Origin: Chara braunii
Taxonomy: Eukaryota > Plantae > Charophyceae
DNA length: 64,000 bases
Direction of reading: 5' to 3'
Assembly: GCA_003427395.1 (NCBI GenBank)
Contig: BFEA01000022.1
Coordinates: 4,858,005 to 4,922,004 of the forward strand
Shown: positions 62,119 to 64,000 of the stretch, piece by piece
Layout: every line of letters starts with the position of its first letter
Numbering within the stretch: the first letter of the stretch is position 1
Position numbers and translations under genes: made by a program
Notes under the pieces: generated by a model
The model's database searches: none
Told to the model about the DNA's origin: nothing
The model's input: the letters and a program-made list of their open reading frames with translations, nothing else

Positions 62119-63498
62119 ACCACCACTCTATGGGACAAGACGAAATTGCGCCTACCGGTAGGCCGAATTTGCGAAACGGCGTCCGGACTATCGGTAGGCG
62201 AGCGTACTACTAGGTTACCCTTTTCGTCAGTCCTGTCGGCGGGCCCAGCAATTGCAAGTGTATGTTTTTTTTTTTTTTTTTTTTTTTTTGAATGGGAAAA
62301 AAAAAAAAAAAATTACAAATGTCTTTTCGGATGGATCCCTGCCAGGGGCCGCGGTTGTTGCGGCGCCGTGTGCACAGAATTGCAGTTACGGCCGGATCCC
62401 CTTCGTAGGGCCTGTTGGGATGAGTGTGCGAATCTGGACGCTGGGCCCGGTAGAGATTCAGGAAAGCATATTTGTACACTCTTTTCTGCACCTCGCTGCA
62501 AATCTGGACGCTGGGCCCGGTATAGATTCAGGAAAGCATATTTGTACACTTTTTTCTGCACCTCGCCTACAAAACGTCCACGTTCAGTGGATGCAACCGC
62601 GAGATGGCACAGTCTTCGAAGTCACACATCCACGACGGTGGAAACATAGTTTTATGTGTATGTGTGTGTGTGTGCGAGAGAGAGAGAGAGAGAGAAAGTC
62701 TGTCAGCGCAGGAGCCAACTGTTGTTCATCGCTTAGTTCTGGTGGATAGTGGCCACTCCGCAGAACGAGCGCGGATATGGACGCATCGGCGCGGCAACGA
62801 CAGCGATGACGCAGCACAGACAAGGACGCATCGGCGCGGCAATGACACCGACGACGCAGCACGGGCACACAGAAACTACGAAGGGGCTTGCACACAGAAG
62901 CGACGAAACGACGAAGGCCCTTGCTGCAACTCTCGACATGCACAAAAGACAAAAATCTTGGCCGTGTATCTTTCCGAAATGCAGTGGAAGATTCACCATC
63001 ATTTGGCACATTTCCAGAGTACTGCAGCCCTTGCCGGTGTATCTTCCCGATACCAGGGGAAGATTCACTCTCGTTTTGCACATTTCGAGAGGCCCCAAGC
63101 CNGTACGGCCACGCTGGCGAAGACGTTTGTTTCTGCCCTCAACCGTTTTTTTTTTTTTCGGCCTCACCTTCTATGCATGTGGACGCGGAAACGTGTGGCG
63201 GGACTGCAAAAAAATAAAACAAGGCCCATGAAAATATGAAAATATAAAAGAAAAAAAAAAATTGGAATGTGTTTTGTTTTTATTTTTTTGTAGACTTTGA
63301 AAATGTTCTGGAAAGTGGCGGCCTCCACTGTTCCCGCCTTCGACAGCAGGGAAAATCACCTGCGCCCCGAAGGTGTCACTGGTTCCCACTTTCCCAGGCA
63401 GTTGGGCCTGCTGTTTCACCCACCGATCGCCGCCCTCCCTAAATAATCACCCGGACTCACAGGAGGGGCTATTTCCTCCTGTCCCATAGAGTGGTGGT
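62119..63498. mobile_element. Non-autonomous TIR DNA transposon flanked by TTAA
   Basis: TIR ACCACCACTCTATGGGACA.GA.GAAAT.GC (~31 bp, 3 mismatches). TTAA at 62115-62118 and 63499-63502. Internal 70-bp tandem duplication at 62431-62566; no ORF. Confidence 0.88.
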
Positions 63499-63692
63499 TT
63501 AATTACTTCTTTCCAACTAAAGCTCAATCAAACATCTTATGTGTGTGTGTAAAATTGGGATTTTTGGAAAAGGAACAACCGGTCCTCGGGTGGAAGCGGA
63601 CCCCCAAAAGAAATAAGAAGGAGAGGCGTTGTCAGGAATTTCATGCGCAAGTTGTCCCAAGGCAGAAGGTACCGACGGGTCCAGTCCCACAA

Positions 63693-64000
63693 TTTCCAAG
63701 AAGCAACTTTGGCAATTTTTTGTGCTTAGAGGAATTCACAAAAAAATCTTAAAATTTGAGAATCGGTAAATTAGATCGTGCTCTTTCCAGGAAAAATATC
63801 GAAAAGTTTCAAAAATAGTTAAGACCGTGAAATAATTGTCACGTCGATTCAACACATTTTCCATTTTACCCACTCAGCCATATGTGGGCCAACGAAAAAA
63901 GTACTCCAACTACATTGATTTTTCGTGGTCACAAGGATGCGTGAAAAAATCTAAAAATTTGAGTGCTTGCAGATTTTCTTGTGATCTTTCCAAAAAAAAT
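63693..64000 (+). repeat. Dispersed AT-rich repeat (SINE-free paralog of 59823-60320)
   Basis: Collinear similarity; lacks the 60102-60284 insertion. Confidence 0.8.

Overview
Repeat-dominated eukaryotic nuclear DNA from a draft assembly with N gaps. The element repertoire and a plant-type mitochondrial rRNA insertion suggest a streptophyte alga such as Chara (inference). No intact host protein-coding gene could be supported. Retroelements: two Ty3/Gypsy LTR retrotransposons (one a near-complete chromovirus with a 13x ABRE/Hex-like motif array before gag), a degenerate Penelope-like element with N-terminal GIY-YIG, CxC linker, RT and tandem pseudo-LTRs in a (CT)n microsatellite (Chlamys/Naiad architecture), two divergent L1/Tx1-type LINEs, and three tRNA-headed SINEs. 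Other content: a TTAA-flanked TIR element, a mitochondrial LSU rRNA fragment and many microsatellites. The most notable unexplained signals are ribozyme-like. One is a minimal type I hammerhead with a U3-A8 compensatory core (33776-33820, minus). The other is a two-copy, microsatellite-associated ~190-230 nt non-coding repeat whose consensus is a viroid-like type III hammerhead with an alternative long-range helix, a candidate retrozyme-like family.
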